DNA of 64,000 nt, from the NCBI GenBank assembly GCA_964433325.1, contig CAYSPY010000005.1:15953-79952 (forward strand). The letters are read 5' to 3'. The notes beneath the pieces were generated by a model, which was not told where the DNA came from, made no database searches, and saw only the letters and a list, made by a program, of their open reading frames with translations. Made by a program: the position numbers and the translations under genes. Of this stretch, positions 25,415 through 35,593 are shown piece by piece. This DNA is from an uncultured Candidatus Peribacteria bacterium (GTDB lineage: Bacteria > Patescibacteriota > Gracilibacteria > Peribacterales > Peribacteraceae). How positions within the stretch are numbered: the stretch's first letter is position 1; each line of letters opens with the position of its first letter.

Positions 25415-26260
25415 TTATGCGCTCACCATCCTCACAGCCCTAAACAAATTCTGAACAAGCGCCGCCACGGTCACCGGGCCCGTTCCCCCTTTGATCGGCG
25501 TTACCATCGATGCCCGTTCCATCACGGATTCCACATCGACATCTCCGTCCATTTTGCCCGTACCCGCATTAAACTTCATGCCGACATTCACGACAACCGC
25601 ACCCTTCTTTACCATATCGCCTGTAATAAGGTTTGGTACGCCAGACGCACCTACGACAACGTCACCCATGCGTGTCATCAATTCTAAATTCTGCGTCGTT
25701 TCATTGCATACAATCTGCGTAGCCTTATCGTTGCCCAGCATTATTTTAAGCATGCCACCAACCATGCCATCACCAACAATTGTCACAATCTTCCCTCGCA
25801 CGTCTACCTCGTGATATTGGAGCATCTTCATCACTGCATACGGAGTTGGCGGGAGTATTTGCCCTTTGCGTTTTTCGGAAAGGAAAATCCCCCGCTGCCC
25901 ATGCCCAAGCACATCGATATCCTTCGTCGGATCAATCCAATCACGAACTTCCTGGAGTCGTAATTGTAAGTGTGGTGGCAATGGAAGCTGGAGCATGTAA
26001 CCACCAATTTCCGGCCGTTGATTCAATTCATCCATTTCTGCCTTCAATACTTCGGGTGAAGCAGATTCATCCAGCGCATGGTGCTCAAGTGTCATCTGGG
26101 TGATTCTGTTTGCCGTTTGTGTGAGCTGAGTCACATAACTATTACTTTCTTTGCGACCACCAACTTGCACTACTGCTAATGTAGATTCTCGCTGCTCCTG
26201 CTCTAGTGGAGCGAGAATCGCTTCTACAACAGGCTTGCCAGTTATCAATACAGCGGACAT
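25415..26260 (-). CDS. folD: Bifunctional methylenetetrahydrofolate dehydrogenase / methenyl-THF cyclohydrolase
   Basis: ..YVTQLTQTA.., ..PPTPYAVMKML.., GKIVTIVGDGMVGGM, ..VVNVGM.., ..VTPIKGGTGPVTVAALVQN.. are collinear with FolD. Confidence 0.92.
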   Translation of the reverse strand: MSAVLITGKPVVEAILAPLEQEQRESTLAVVQVGGRKESNSYVTQLTQTANRITQMTLEHHALDESASPEVLKAEMDELNQRPEIGGYMLQLPLPPHLQLRLQEVRDWIDPTKDIDVLGHGQRGIFLSEKRKGQILPPTPYAVMKMLQYHEVDVRGKIVTIVGDGMVGGMLKIMLGNDKATQIVCNETTQNLELMTRMGDVVVGASGVPNLITGDMVKKGAVVVNVGMKFNAGTGKMDGDVDVESVMERASMVTPIKGGTGPVTVAALVQNLFRAVRMVSA

Positions 26261-26303
26261 AAGAGAGTATCGTAGAACATTTCACTCCTAATGCAATATG
26301 TGA

Positions 26304-26984
26304 CTAGAGCGAAAATGCTTGTTGAATCTCCTCCCACAACTTCTGCCTCGACTCTTTGTTGTAGTGCGACCACTCATCATCCCCTGCTTGTAGGACGGGT
26401 AGAGGAGAAAACACGTGCCAACCGTTTGCAGAAAATAACTGAACAGCCTCATTGTTCTTCATAAATGCGTGATTCTTATGCAGCTCGTTCGGCATATGAT
26501 CGGGCGGGTAGAGCACGATCCCCTTTCGTTTCACATGCGATAAACGACCAATGAGCTTTTTCCATGATTCCTTCACAATATCAAAAGACACTCGTTCTTG
26601 ATGTTCAAAGACATTACTGATCGGCCAAAACATCGAAGGATATGGAGAGCCATCACTGCAACGCGCAGTTGTGTAAGTACAGAAGCAATCGGGGAACGGC
26701 GTCCACAAAAATACATCTTGCGCTGTTGGGTCAATACGCTCGTAGGTAAAATTCCTTTCGAACGAAACACTTGGGTATTCCTTTTCGAACTCCTTCCGCG
26801 ATTTTTTGCACACATCTGATGCAAAAAGTGTTTCTTTATCTTCTGGGTGGAGCTCAAACGATTCCCTGCTGAGCAAGCGCAAAATACCATCCGTACGCAT
26901 ATTGCTGACAGACACGCCTTTATACATACCTGCCCCACTAAAAGGAGCCCCAAAGAGCACACAGTTCGCAAAGGCATAGATCAT
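26304..26984 (-). CDS. Hypothetical protein (226 aa), translationally coupled to pth
   Basis: ATGA start/stop overlap with pth at 26981-26984. Trp/Phe/His-rich globular-looking sequence, no family recognised. Confidence 0.6.
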   Translation of the reverse strand: MIYAFANCVLFGAPFSGAGMYKGVSVSNMRTDGILRLLSRESFELHPEDKETLFASDVCKKSRKEFEKEYPSVSFERNFTYERIDPTAQDVFLWTPFPDCFCTYTTARCSDGSPYPSMFWPISNVFEHQERVSFDIVKESWKKLIGRLSHVKRKGIVLYPPDHMPNELHKNHAFMKNNEAVQLFSANGWHVFSPLPVLQAGDDEWSHYNKESRQKLWEEIQQAFSL

Positions 26985-27538
26985 GATTTTTCCATCGACC
27001 CCATCACATATTCCCGAATCATGTCGGGCACTTTACCGACTGCTTCCTCTAAGACCTTTTCTTCATCCTCTGTAAACCTGCTAAGCACCCATGTCGCTAA
27101 ATCTCCTTTTTCGGGCTTGGGGCCAATGCCAATACGAATACGTGGCCAGGCCTCTCCGTAGACATCCACAATCGACTTAAGGCCGTTATGCGTACCAGGT
27201 CCACCACTTAACCTAAAACGCGGGAGGCCAAGTGGAATATCAATATCATCACAGAGCACTAGCACCTGCGTAGCCGGGTCTAATTTATAAAACGTGACAA
27301 TCTTTCGTACTGCATCGCCCGATAAGTTCATATAGGTCTGCGGCTTTACGAGTAGTACAGGCGCAACACCCACGCGAGCATCTTGTACGTGTGCATCAAA
27401 TTTCTGCATATCCTTCCACTCCCCTTCCCCAAACTCACGCGACAAGCGGTCGATTGCTATCCACCCTGCATTGTGCCTGGTTCGCTCGTAGGACTTACCA
27501 TGGTTCCCAAGGCCGACGATGACGAGCAGTGGCTTCAT
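26981..27538 (-). CDS. pth: Peptidyl-tRNA hydrolase
   Basis: MKPLLVIVGLGNHGKSYERTRHNAGWIAIDRL.. and ..GTHNGLKSI.. motifs. Start trimmed to the ATG at 27538. Confidence 0.92.
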   Translation of the reverse strand: MKPLLVIVGLGNHGKSYERTRHNAGWIAIDRLSREFGEGEWKDMQKFDAHVQDARVGVAPVLLVKPQTYMNLSGDAVRKIVTFYKLDPATQVLVLCDDIDIPLGLPRFRLSGGPGTHNGLKSIVDVYGEAWPRIRIGIGPKPEKGDLATWVLSRFTEDEEKVLEEAVGKVPDMIREYVMGSMEKS

Positions 27539-27573
27539 TGACGAGCACATTCTACCACGTAGACTACAAAGCC

Positions 27574-27741
27574 ATGACGGAATTTTCACCACTTGATCAA
27601 GATAATCGTGATGCATTATACGAACGTGCTAAGCAAGTACTCATCAATGCAGCGATTGCAGGAGATGTTGTACGACGTGCAGCGCAGAAAGTAATGGATG
27701 CATCTACTCAAAAAACTGATCGCATTGAAGAGCCTCAGTAA
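27574..27741 (+). CDS. Possible small protein (55 aa)
   Basis: MTEFSPLDQDNRDALYERAKQVLINAAIAGDVVRRAAQKVMDAS... is helical-looking and fills an otherwise empty gap. Evidence is weak. Confidence 0.3.
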   Translation: MTEFSPLDQDNRDALYERAKQVLINAAIAGDVVRRAAQKVMDASTQKTDRIEEPQ

Positions 27742-27747
27742 AGTACT

Positions 27748-28152
27748 TTACAACCCATCAATCCCCTTCTTAAGTGCGAACACTGCACGATCAGCTTCTG
27801 CAGTATTCACCTGTGCCCCTGTTTGATGTGCCAAATGATTACGAAGCTTGTGTGCATCCCACACACTTTGTAGGTTTTTAAATCGTGGTCCTGCTTTTTT
27901 TAATTTATCAGCCACTGACCCTGTGTACCCAAGTTCTGTGAGTGCGAGGTCTAACACCTTGTCTGCCTCTAACACTTTACGAACAGGGTCCTGTAATTGC
28001 TCCACATGATTCCATGCATTCATCACGCGCTGCTTACTTGCACCAACAAGTCCCCTTTTACGCGTCATGCGCCATACACCAAGCATCACGACGCACGCGA
28101 CAATCACTAAGCCAAGAATAAAAAAGAAAGGTGTCATATTATTCATCATCAT
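27748..28152 (-). CDS. Single-pass membrane protein, function unknown
   Basis: N-terminal TM (FFFILGLVIVACVVMLGVW) followed by a helical domain. It overlaps the upstream gene's stop by 14 nt if the first ATG is used. Confidence 0.6.
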   Translation of the reverse strand: MMMNNMTPFFFILGLVIVACVVMLGVWRMTRKRGLVGASKQRVMNAWNHVEQLQDPVRKVLEADKVLDLALTELGYTGSVADKLKKAGPRFKNLQSVWDAHKLRNHLAHQTGAQVNTAEADRAVFALKKGIDGL

Positions 28153-28741
28153 CTTCGCCGTTCGCCTTCAGTTCATTTAATTGAATGCGTTCGGCAATAA
28201 GCGTGGCGAGCATTTCTTGCACCTGCTTGGAATCTTTCAGGTTCTTCTTATGTAAGTAGCCTTCCATATTCTGCAGAATCAATACTTCGATTTTTTTAGG
28301 CTGACTCACGCTTTCCAGGCTTACGGCTTGCCCTGTTGAAATTTTTTCGACGCTGATAGTGCCGTAACGAAGCAGTGTCCCTAATACTCCCTCGATTTCG
28401 TAACTCACACCTTGTAAGTCGCTATACAAAATGCGCGATGATTCACGATGGAACCAGCCATGCCATGCAATATCAATAATTCCTTGGTCGGTAATAAGCC
28501 ATGCATCTAAGAAGTAATCGAAGAAATTGCGCAGCCACCAAATACATAACACCAATTCGACAATACCAAAAACCGTCACCATGCCGCGCGCATGATTGAT
28601 CCAGAGTAAGAAAGCAACTGCGGCAATCCAAATAGTTGGCCACACAAGTGCACGAAACCCAAGCAACCAGTGTTTATGCACCGCGCATTTAAGCGTTTCA
28701 TCTTCTTCGAGGTGCTTACTGAACAACCACGCGGAAAGCAT
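28139..28741 (-). CDS. Membrane protein with bacterial PH-like (YdbT/bPH_2-type) domain
   Basis: Two TM helices (VWPTIWIAAVAFLLW, VTVFGIVELVLCIWW), then a beta-rich domain (ILYSDLQGVSYEIEGVLGTLLRYGTISVEK). This arrangement is typical of bPH-domain proteins. Confidence 0.6.
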   Translation of the reverse strand: MLSAWLFSKHLEEDETLKCAVHKHWLLGFRALVWPTIWIAAVAFLLWINHARGMVTVFGIVELVLCIWWLRNFFDYFLDAWLITDQGIIDIAWHGWFHRESSRILYSDLQGVSYEIEGVLGTLLRYGTISVEKISTGQAVSLESVSQPKKIEVLILQNMEGYLHKKNLKDSKQVQEMLATLIAERIQLNELKANGEDDDE

Positions 28742-28847
28742 GACGAAATTGTACTACACCTCATCTACATAAGGAATGCTGAGCTTGCCTCGGCGGAGTC
28801 CCGACGAAGCGTTAGCGAAGCGGGACGGAGTCGGGTAGAGTGTCCCC

Positions 28848-29483
28848 ATGTCAGCCAAGGCACAAAAGCAACACGGACTGCTGTTCCATATCCTCGATGT
28901 CGTCTTCAACATCGTGGTGATTGTGGCGATTGTCACAGGCATTCGCACATTTTTGGTATCACCGTTCCAAGTAGAAGGAAGCTCGATGACTGACACGCTA
29001 GAAGACAACGAATATATCGTCATCAATAAGCTGGGCTACTACATTGGTAACCCCAATCGTGGGGACATCGTGGTATTCCGCCCACCAAACGAACAGAAGA
29101 AGTATTACGTGAAGCGCATTATCGGGCTCCCAGGCGATACAGTAATCATCCGTGACGGCCTCGTCTTTGTGCAAGCAGCAGGGACCGACGTCCCCGTTAG
29201 ATTAGATGAACCCTATTTAGATGATCGCAATGCAGGCAAAACCTTCCGTCACCCACCAGGGAGTGGTGATATGGGGGAAGATCGTTATGAAGTCCCCGCA
29301 GATCACTACTTTGTCTTAGGAGATAACCGCCAAGGCAGCCTAGACTCACGTAGCTTTACCCTACCCGATGGATCTAGCCAGCCATTTGTGCCAACGCATA
29401 GCCTAAGTGGGAAGGTGTGGTTTGTTGCCCTGCCCGTAAGCAAAATCCATGCATTTGGAGAACAGGAATATGATTTCGAATGA
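28848..29483 (+). CDS. lepB: Signal peptidase I
   Basis: TM anchor, catalytic Ser motif EGSSMTDTL, GDIVVF, YVKRIIGLPGD (Lys box), YFVLGDNRQGSLDSR. Confidence 0.9.
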   Translation: MSAKAQKQHGLLFHILDVVFNIVVIVAIVTGIRTFLVSPFQVEGSSMTDTLEDNEYIVINKLGYYIGNPNRGDIVVFRPPNEQKKYYVKRIIGLPGDTVIIRDGLVFVQAAGTDVPVRLDEPYLDDRNAGKTFRHPPGSGDMGEDRYEVPADHYFVLGDNRQGSLDSRSFTLPDGSSQPFVPTHSLSGKVWFVALPVSKIHAFGEQEYDFE

Positions 29484-29658
29484 AAAAAGAAAAATGAATA
29501 AAGAAAAATTCCCACAGAGATTCCCCCTTTCCCATCCTTTATTCTTCTTTCTTCATTATTCATTCCTCTTTTCGATGTCAAATTCTCTTGCGCTTAGCCT
29601 TAAACGGCCTACACTGGGGTTATCCCCGGGCGGGGTTTTTTACTAAGGAAACAACCTT

Positions 29659-29850
29659 ATGAACGCTATCACTACCTTCATCAACGAATCCCTCGAAGAA
29701 CTACGCCATGTCCGCTGGCCAACACGCCAGCAGGCAATCAGATTGTCGATCATCGTGATCGGCTTCTGCTTGGTTACAGCTGCCTTCTTCGGCGCTGTGG
29801 ACTTCATCTTGGCAGAAATCACAAAAATGGCACTCGATTTAGCTTCCTGA
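29659..29850 (+). CDS. secE: Preprotein translocase subunit SecE
   Basis: 63 aa. ..ESLEELRHVRWPTRQQAIRLSIIVIGFCLVTAAFFGAVDFIL.. is a typical SecE. It sits immediately upstream of nusG, the conserved order. Confidence 0.85.
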   Translation: MNAITTFINESLEELRHVRWPTRQQAIRLSIIVIGFCLVTAAFFGAVDFILAEITKMALDLAS

Positions 29851-29868
29851 TCTCTTCTCTTTCTCCTC

Positions 29869-30414
29869 ATGGCAAAACAAGATCCAAATGCGGGACGTAA
29901 CTGGTACGTCGTCCATACCTACGCAGGGTACGAAGATGCAGTTGCAGCTTCACTTAAGCAGCGCGTAGAAAGTTTTGGAATGCAGGATTATATCTTTGAC
30001 GTTGTGGTCCCTAAAGAGAAGCAGCTCACGTTTAAGAAGGGTGAACCAACAGAAGAAGAAAAGAAGCTCTTCCCTGGCTACGTGCTGGTGGATATGAGCG
30101 TTACAGATGAATCATGGTACTTGGTGCGAAACACGCCTAACGTGACTGGGTTCGTTGGCTCCGGAAATATTCCAGTGCCTGTTACTCCAGAAGAGTTCGG
30201 TGTCATCCAGCGCCGCGTTGGTGAGCAGGAAGCGAAATTCAAGAGCGACTTCCAGGTGGGAGACCTTGTTGTTATCGCTGATGGTCCATTTAAGAACTAT
30301 GAAGGTTCTGTGGATAGCGTCGATGTTGATAAGGGCAAGCTCACAGTTCTCGTGCTTATCTTCGATCGTGAAACTCCAGTAGAACTCGACTTCACTCAGG
30401 TGAAGAAGAAATAG
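29869..30414 (+). CDS. nusG: Transcription termination/antitermination factor NusG
   Basis: NWYVVHTYAGYEDAV.. NGN domain and C-terminal KOW (GDLVVIADGPFKNYEGSVDSVD). Confidence 0.93.
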   Translation: MAKQDPNAGRNWYVVHTYAGYEDAVAASLKQRVESFGMQDYIFDVVVPKEKQLTFKKGEPTEEEKKLFPGYVLVDMSVTDESWYLVRNTPNVTGFVGSGNIPVPVTPEEFGVIQRRVGEQEAKFKSDFQVGDLVVIADGPFKNYEGSVDSVDVDKGKLTVLVLIFDRETPVELDFTQVKKK

Positions 30415-30426
30415 TAGACTAGGTGT

Positions 30427-30759
30427 ATGGATGCTTTTTCTCTTCCTCCAGATCTGCCTTCGCATTTTGAGGAGTACGAAATGTATCAGCAGCTGCGAAA
30501 TGCTATCGATACCTATACTACTGAACAGGAAAGTGTGCATCGAACGCTGTTTCTTGCTGCACGATCATTTTGGAGTGACGTACATACAATCTGTACCTTG
30601 TATAGTGAAAATGCGCCAGATAAACAGCCTGCAATCGCTCTACTGAAAGAGGCAGTTCACACTCTTCCATTGGACAGCATGGATCGTGAACAGATTGTAG
30701 AAACAATTGAGGAGATGGATTCGTGGGGAGCGCCATTCGAAGATGACGACGATTATTAG
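30427..30759 (+). CDS. Hypothetical acidic protein (110 aa)
   Basis: ORF directly after nusG. Its 3' end overlaps the 3' end of the convergent murJ by 4 nt. No motif recognised. Confidence 0.5.
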   Translation: MDAFSLPPDLPSHFEEYEMYQQLRNAIDTYTTEQESVHRTLFLAARSFWSDVHTICTLYSENAPDKQPAIALLKEAVHTLPLDSMDREQIVETIEEMDSWGAPFEDDDDY

Positions 30760-32060
30760 ATATTCTTTTCGGTGCGAAGCATAATGAATAGGCCTGCCAG
30801 CTGGAGCACCTGCCCCGCTGTAAAGCCAGCAGCCAATGCATAAACGCCCATTGATGGAACAAGTACCCATGACACTACTATTGCTGTGACTCCGTTGAGT
30901 ACACTAAAGACAGCGGGCGTTGTTGTTCGGTGGAGCGCGTAAAACGATCGCAGTAATAAGTGATTAAGGCTTTCAAATGGAATGGCTATTGCATAAACCA
31001 GCAGTGCCATACCAAATACCGGGAGCACATCTTGTAAATGGACTAGGTGCGCCGCAACAGGCGCAAGGAAGACTAACGCAATAGCCCCAGGAATCGTGAG
31101 TGCGAGCACCGTCATAATCCCCTTCTTTAAATAGATTCCAAACCGCTGCCATTCTTTTTTGGCAGCAGCATTACTAAGAAGTGGGAATGCTGATTGCGCG
31201 AGCGCGATACCAACCACTCCGACAAGCACGGATTCAAAGTTACGCGCATTGGCATTGATCGTGACTGAACCTGCATCCAGACCCGATGCGAGCGCATCGA
31301 AGAACAAAAGCTGAAACTGTAATGCACCCAGCGCTGCCATGCGTGGTAACATCAACCATCCCATTTTTTTAAGATCCGGATGCCACAATACTGGCTGAAT
31401 ACGAAACCCTGCATGAAGAGCGCCAGCTAAACGCACAATCACGTAGATCACTGCACCTGCGACTGTTCCAATCATCGGGGCATATTGCCCATACGATGGC
31501 TCTAGGAAAAACGTCCCAGTAATAGTGCCCAACGTATAAAGAACTGGCGTAATACCGTAGACCCAATATTTTTGAACAGTGATGAGATACTGGCCAAGCG
31601 CATTACCCAGAACGAATAGAAAGTTTGTAAAGAGGGCGAGACGACCAAATTGAATATATAAATCGAGATCCGCCCCAGTAAACCCAACCATCTTTGGGGC
31701 AATCCACGGGAAAATATATGCAAGAATAAGGGCAAGAAAACCAAACGCTAAACTCCCTGCGGAAATAACACTCGAGAGTAAATTTGATGTTTCATCATGG
31801 TCATCGTGTGCTTTGTACTGTGCAAGCAGCGGAACCAGTACGGTGCTAATTCCTGCCATAATCGTTATCTGAAATAAAAGATCAGACAGGCGGAAACTAG
31901 AGATATATACGTCAACAGTTGAAAGACCCGGATACGTGCGATTGAGCATGTTGTCGCGAATAAGCCCCGCGAGAGATGCTGCAAACTGCGTAACAGCAAG
32001 GACAAATGCGCCACCGATGAGACGATTCTGAGAAAGAGATGAACGGATAAAATGAAGCAC
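30756..32060 (-). CDS. murJ: Lipid II flippase MurJ (MviN/MOP family)
   Basis: 434-aa polytopic protein. The N-terminus ..AASLAGLIRDNMLNRTYPGLSTVDVYISSFRLSDLLFQI.. matches the MurJ signature region. Confidence 0.87.
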   Translation of the reverse strand: MLHFIRSSLSQNRLIGGAFVLAVTQFAASLAGLIRDNMLNRTYPGLSTVDVYISSFRLSDLLFQITIMAGISTVLVPLLAQYKAHDDHDETSNLLSSVISAGSLAFGFLALILAYIFPWIAPKMVGFTGADLDLYIQFGRLALFTNFLFVLGNALGQYLITVQKYWVYGITPVLYTLGTITGTFFLEPSYGQYAPMIGTVAGAVIYVIVRLAGALHAGFRIQPVLWHPDLKKMGWLMLPRMAALGALQFQLLFFDALASGLDAGSVTINANARNFESVLVGVVGIALAQSAFPLLSNAAAKKEWQRFGIYLKKGIMTVLALTIPGAIALVFLAPVAAHLVHLQDVLPVFGMALLVYAIAIPFESLNHLLLRSFYALHRTTTPAVFSVLNGVTAIVVSWVLVPSMGVYALAAGFTAGQVLQLAGLFIMLRTEKNI

Positions 32061-32191
32061 CTAATTATAATAGCATGATTCTTTTAAATATCCGTTTTCC
32101 GCTACCCGCTAACCGTCGAGCGACGGAAAACTGATGACGGATAGCGGAGTTGTCGTCCAACATCATTCACGCGGTGCTAGAGTGTTTGCCT

Positions 32192-33571
32192 ATGTCCAAC
32201 CGCCACACATTCGCACGAGTCTCTGTTTCGGCACTCATTGCCATCCTGGGACTCTCTATTAGCATGCTTACATTCGCCGAAGAAAGCAGCTCATCGTCTT
32301 CCGCTGAGCCCTGGGTCTCGTCAACTTCTTCTACATCATCATCCGTGTCATCCATTGCAGGATTTGGAACAGTAACAATTGAACAAAAAAACTCATCTGC
32401 ACAGCAAGCCTTTGGTAGCTGGACACTGCTGACACCTTCACAGCAAAACGGAAGTGGATCCGCTGTGTCGTGGACACAAGGGAATATGGCCGCAGGAACG
32501 TACACACTCATTGTCACTCCCCCTAAAGGCGTTACAACATCCATTCGCTCGTATCTTGGCACAGAACAAGCGGAATACGTTCAACGACCACAACTCACCT
32601 TTAAACTGGAAGACGGCCAAAGCATTCGTATCGTTGTAAACTACACACTTACACGTACGGGTGATATTTCGGTACAGAGTGACCCCGCAGGGATTGAATT
32701 TACAATCACTGGCCCAAACAGCTTTACCGAAAAGGGAATTACCCCGGATTCATTTACGGGAGTATCCGAAGGTCAGTACAGCGTTCAATTCGGGACAGTC
32801 GCTGGGTGCAACACTCCGGCCAGAATGAGTCAGCAACTTGTTGAAGGAGGCAGGGCATCATTCTCTGTCACGATCGCTTGTGCCGAAGCAGATAAAATCC
32901 GTAAGCGTGAAGAAACGAAAGATGACAAATTCGTTGTCATTAGTGTCGATGGTGCAGATGTAAAACTACGCGATGTTCCACAGAACGCATGGTTTTCAAC
33001 GTACGTCTTTGATGCTGCACGACGCGGGGTGATTTCTGGCTATAAAGATGAAGCGGGTGTTCCTACTGGCGCTTTCGGCCCAAGTAATTCCGTTACCATT
33101 GCAGAGCTCGCGAAAATGGCACACAGACTCGCTGGCATTGGCGAAGAATCGTTCGGTGGAAAGAATCCCGAAAACCCAGCAGCGGTTGGTCAATGGTTCT
33201 CACCATTCATTGCATCTGCAGAAAGCCGTGGATGGACAATTTATAAAGATGCAACAGTGGACCCACTCCGCCCAGCAACACGCAGCGAAGTAGTGATCAC
33301 GTTCCTACAAGTGCTTGATGTACCACTCAAATGGCAGAAGGGTGATTTGTTTGATGATGTGACGGTACGTACACGCTTTGCCAATGCGATCGAAACTGCC
33401 GCACGTGATGGCGTGATTGATGGCCTAAAAGATGAAAAGGGTAACTCCCTCCATAAGTTCGACCCAGAAGGTGCTGTCAACCGCGCGGAGATCAGCAAAA
33501 TCATCAACAAGGTCTTCGACGAGTACAAAGGCACTATCAAGTCGAGCTCGTCTTCTCAGAAGCGCAGCTGA
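32192..33571 (+). CDS. Secreted protein with PEGA-like beta domain(s) and C-terminal SLH repeats
   Basis: Signal peptide and a Ser-rich linker, then ISVQSDPAGIEFTITGPNSF..GQYSVQF (PEGA-like). SLH-like repeats follow (VPQNAWFSTYVFDAARRGVISGYKDEAG..; FDDVTVRTRFANAIETAARDGVIDGLKDEKG..NRAEISKIINKV). Start trimmed to the ATG at 32192. Confidence 0.8.
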   Translation: MSNRHTFARVSVSALIAILGLSISMLTFAEESSSSSSAEPWVSSTSSTSSSVSSIAGFGTVTIEQKNSSAQQAFGSWTLLTPSQQNGSGSAVSWTQGNMAAGTYTLIVTPPKGVTTSIRSYLGTEQAEYVQRPQLTFKLEDGQSIRIVVNYTLTRTGDISVQSDPAGIEFTITGPNSFTEKGITPDSFTGVSEGQYSVQFGTVAGCNTPARMSQQLVEGGRASFSVTIACAEADKIRKREETKDDKFVVISVDGADVKLRDVPQNAWFSTYVFDAARRGVISGYKDEAGVPTGAFGPSNSVTIAELAKMAHRLAGIGEESFGGKNPENPAAVGQWFSPFIASAESRGWTIYKDATVDPLRPATRSEVVITFLQVLDVPLKWQKGDLFDDVTVRTRFANAIETAARDGVIDGLKDEKGNSLHKFDPEGAVNRAEISKIINKVFDEYKGTIKSSSSSQKRS

Positions 33572-34830
33572 TCCGAGAGCTTTGTGACAGAACCTGCCCC
33601 CATCGTAATCACAACGTCACCACTCTCCATACGTGTGCGAAGTAACTCGAGTGTTGCATCTAGCCCACGCCCATTGATGCATTCGATGTTGCTGTCACGT
33701 GCGATGTCACGCACAAATGCATCAACATCAACGGATTCATGTTCAATATCACTACGAGCATTGTAGACATCAGGGACAACGACAATGTGCGCATCACTAA
33801 ACGCATGAGTGAAATCGCCGTAGAGCTTAAGAGTGCGATCGTGTGTATGAGGTTGGAATACGCAGACAATGCGACGACTTGGGTATGCTTCGCGCATTGC
33901 CTGCAGCGTTGCACGAATTTCTGCCGGATGATGAGCATAATCATCAATCACTGTCACACCATTGGCGAGTTCGCCTTTTACTTCCATACGTCGCCATGTC
34001 CCCGAAAAAGTTTTAAGGCTGTCTTCGGCAACCTGCATATCAATCCCCAAATGAGCAGCGAGTGCTAATACTAAGCGCGCATTTTGGCGCATGTGTGCAC
34101 CAGGCACACCAAGTTCACTCACAATCCTCGTATCTGCATCAATCATGATACGACCCGATGCCTCTGCCACAGCTTTACTATCTGGATCATTCCCGTGAAT
34201 GATTGCAGGAGCGTCTTGTGGTAATCGCTTTAGGAATGTAATGAAGGCATTGCGGTAATCATCGATAGACGAGAACGAATCGAAGTGATCACCATCAACA
34301 GTCGTCATCAACACAATATCGGGTGTGAGGTAATGGAACGATTTTCGATATTCACAGGCTTCGACAATAAAAATATCACTGTTACCTTTACGCCAGTTTC
34401 GTCCATCTAATTCTTTCATGCGTGTGCCTATAACAACGGACGGATCTTTTCCTGCATCAATCAAAAGCTTTGCAGCCATAGCTGTGGTGCTTGATTTACC
34501 ATGCGTGCCACACACCGCAATCACGCGAGCATCGTGTGTCAGCTCCCCAAGCGCGTGGAAGTACGACTGCATGGGAATATTGAATGCTCGTGCACGTGTA
34601 CGTTCGGGACTATCTGCAGGAACCGCTTCTGAATAGACAAACAAGTCGCAATCAGAAGGAACATGAGACCCATCTTGGTTTAATGAAATATGCGCACCTT
34701 GTTCACGTAAATCTTGAAGCAACGGACTATCACTGCGATCACTGCCATAAACTTCATTTCCTTTCTGCATCTGCAATGCTGCATATGCACTTAGCCCAAT
34801 ACCGCCGATGCCGCTGCAATAGATTTTCAT
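33556..34830 (-). CDS. murC: UDP-N-acetylmuramate--L-alanine ligase
   Basis: MKIYCSGIGGIGLSAYA.., VCGTHGKSSTTAM (P-loop), ..DDYAHHPAEI.. Start trimmed to the ATG at 34830. The 3' end overlaps the convergent SLH gene by 16 nt. Confidence 0.92.
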   Translation of the reverse strand: MKIYCSGIGGIGLSAYAALQMQKGNEVYGSDRSDSPLLQDLREQGAHISLNQDGSHVPSDCDLFVYSEAVPADSPERTRARAFNIPMQSYFHALGELTHDARVIAVCGTHGKSSTTAMAAKLLIDAGKDPSVVIGTRMKELDGRNWRKGNSDIFIVEACEYRKSFHYLTPDIVLMTTVDGDHFDSFSSIDDYRNAFITFLKRLPQDAPAIIHGNDPDSKAVAEASGRIMIDADTRIVSELGVPGAHMRQNARLVLALAAHLGIDMQVAEDSLKTFSGTWRRMEVKGELANGVTVIDDYAHHPAEIRATLQAMREAYPSRRIVCVFQPHTHDRTLKLYGDFTHAFSDAHIVVVPDVYNARSDIEHESVDVDAFVRDIARDSNIECINGRGLDATLELLRTRMESGDVVITMGAGSVTKLSDQLRF

Positions 34831-34924
34831 GATAAAAGATTCAAGTGATCCAGATGATTCGTAGGGTCCGGATGAAATGGAAGAGTGTATAGTATACACG
34901 AACATCTGAGTTCTTCTATTGTCC

Positions 34925-35380
34925 ATGCCCTCCCAATCAGACATCCAACCCATCAGCAAGCAGCTGACGATCGTTATCGGCCTTACGGTCGTGGGGTTTA
35001 TGGCATTCGGACTCGCACTATCGTTTTACCGAAACATCTTATTTGAAAAGACACTCCAAGACATTCAGGCACAAAATGACCGCATCGCGCTAGAAATTCA
35101 AAAGGGATACAGAGACCTAGAGTATTACCGTTCCACGCAGTACAAAGACAAATTTGCCAAGGAAAACCTAAACCGCATCAATGCAGGGGAACATTTAGTA
35201 CTACTAAATGAACCACCTATTGATGACAGCACAGCAGCAACATCAGTCGACGATATCTTGGATAAAGCACGACATGAGGCCGCATTTGAAGAATATCTGC
35301 GCCAGTTGCCCGTATGGGAACACTGGAAAATGTATATGTTCCACAAAGAAACCGTCGAAGAATTGAAGAAAACGTTATAA
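34925..35380 (+). CDS. Septum formation initiator-like protein (FtsB/DivIC family)
   Basis: N-terminal TM, then a coiled coil (LQDIQAQNDRIALEIQKGYRDLEYYRS) and ..KFAKENLNRINAGEHLVLL.., typical of FtsB/DivIC. It is divergent from murC. Confidence 0.62.
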   Translation: MPSQSDIQPISKQLTIVIGLTVVGFMAFGLALSFYRNILFEKTLQDIQAQNDRIALEIQKGYRDLEYYRSTQYKDKFAKENLNRINAGEHLVLLNEPPIDDSTAATSVDDILDKARHEAAFEEYLRQLPVWEHWKMYMFHKETVEELKKTL

Positions 35381-35396
35381 GAAAGTGTATTCGTCC

Positions 35397-35424
35397 TTGC
35401 GCCAAATTGGTTCATCGGTAGAAT
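35397..35424 (+). promoter_or_regulatory. Putative sigma-70 promoter for the initiator tRNA
   Basis: TTGCGC, 16 nt, TAGAAT. The -10 ends 13 nt before the tRNA 5' end. Confidence 0.4.
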
Positions 35425-35436
35425 TCCTGCACTTTG

Positions 35437-35514
<78 letters not shown>

Positions 35515-35556
35515 ATCAAAGTACCCTAAAAACGTCGTTTTGCTTGTAATTTAGGC

Positions 35557-35584
35557 TTGCAAGACGCAGATATATCGTTAAAAT
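35557..35584 (+). promoter_or_regulatory. Putative sigma-70 promoter for rpmA
   Basis: TTGCAA, 16 nt, TAAAAT. The -10 ends 9 nt before the rpmA ATG, and no Shine-Dalgarno sequence is visible. Confidence 0.45.
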
Positions 35585-35593
35585 CCCCCCACT

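Noticed and set aside
33556-33571. 16-nt convergent overlap of murC and the SLH-protein gene as a possible regulatory antisense feature
   Set aside because: Short convergent 3' overlaps and zero-length gaps recur in this compact window (for example 5955/5956, 30756-30759 and 50459/50461). This is most simply genome compaction.
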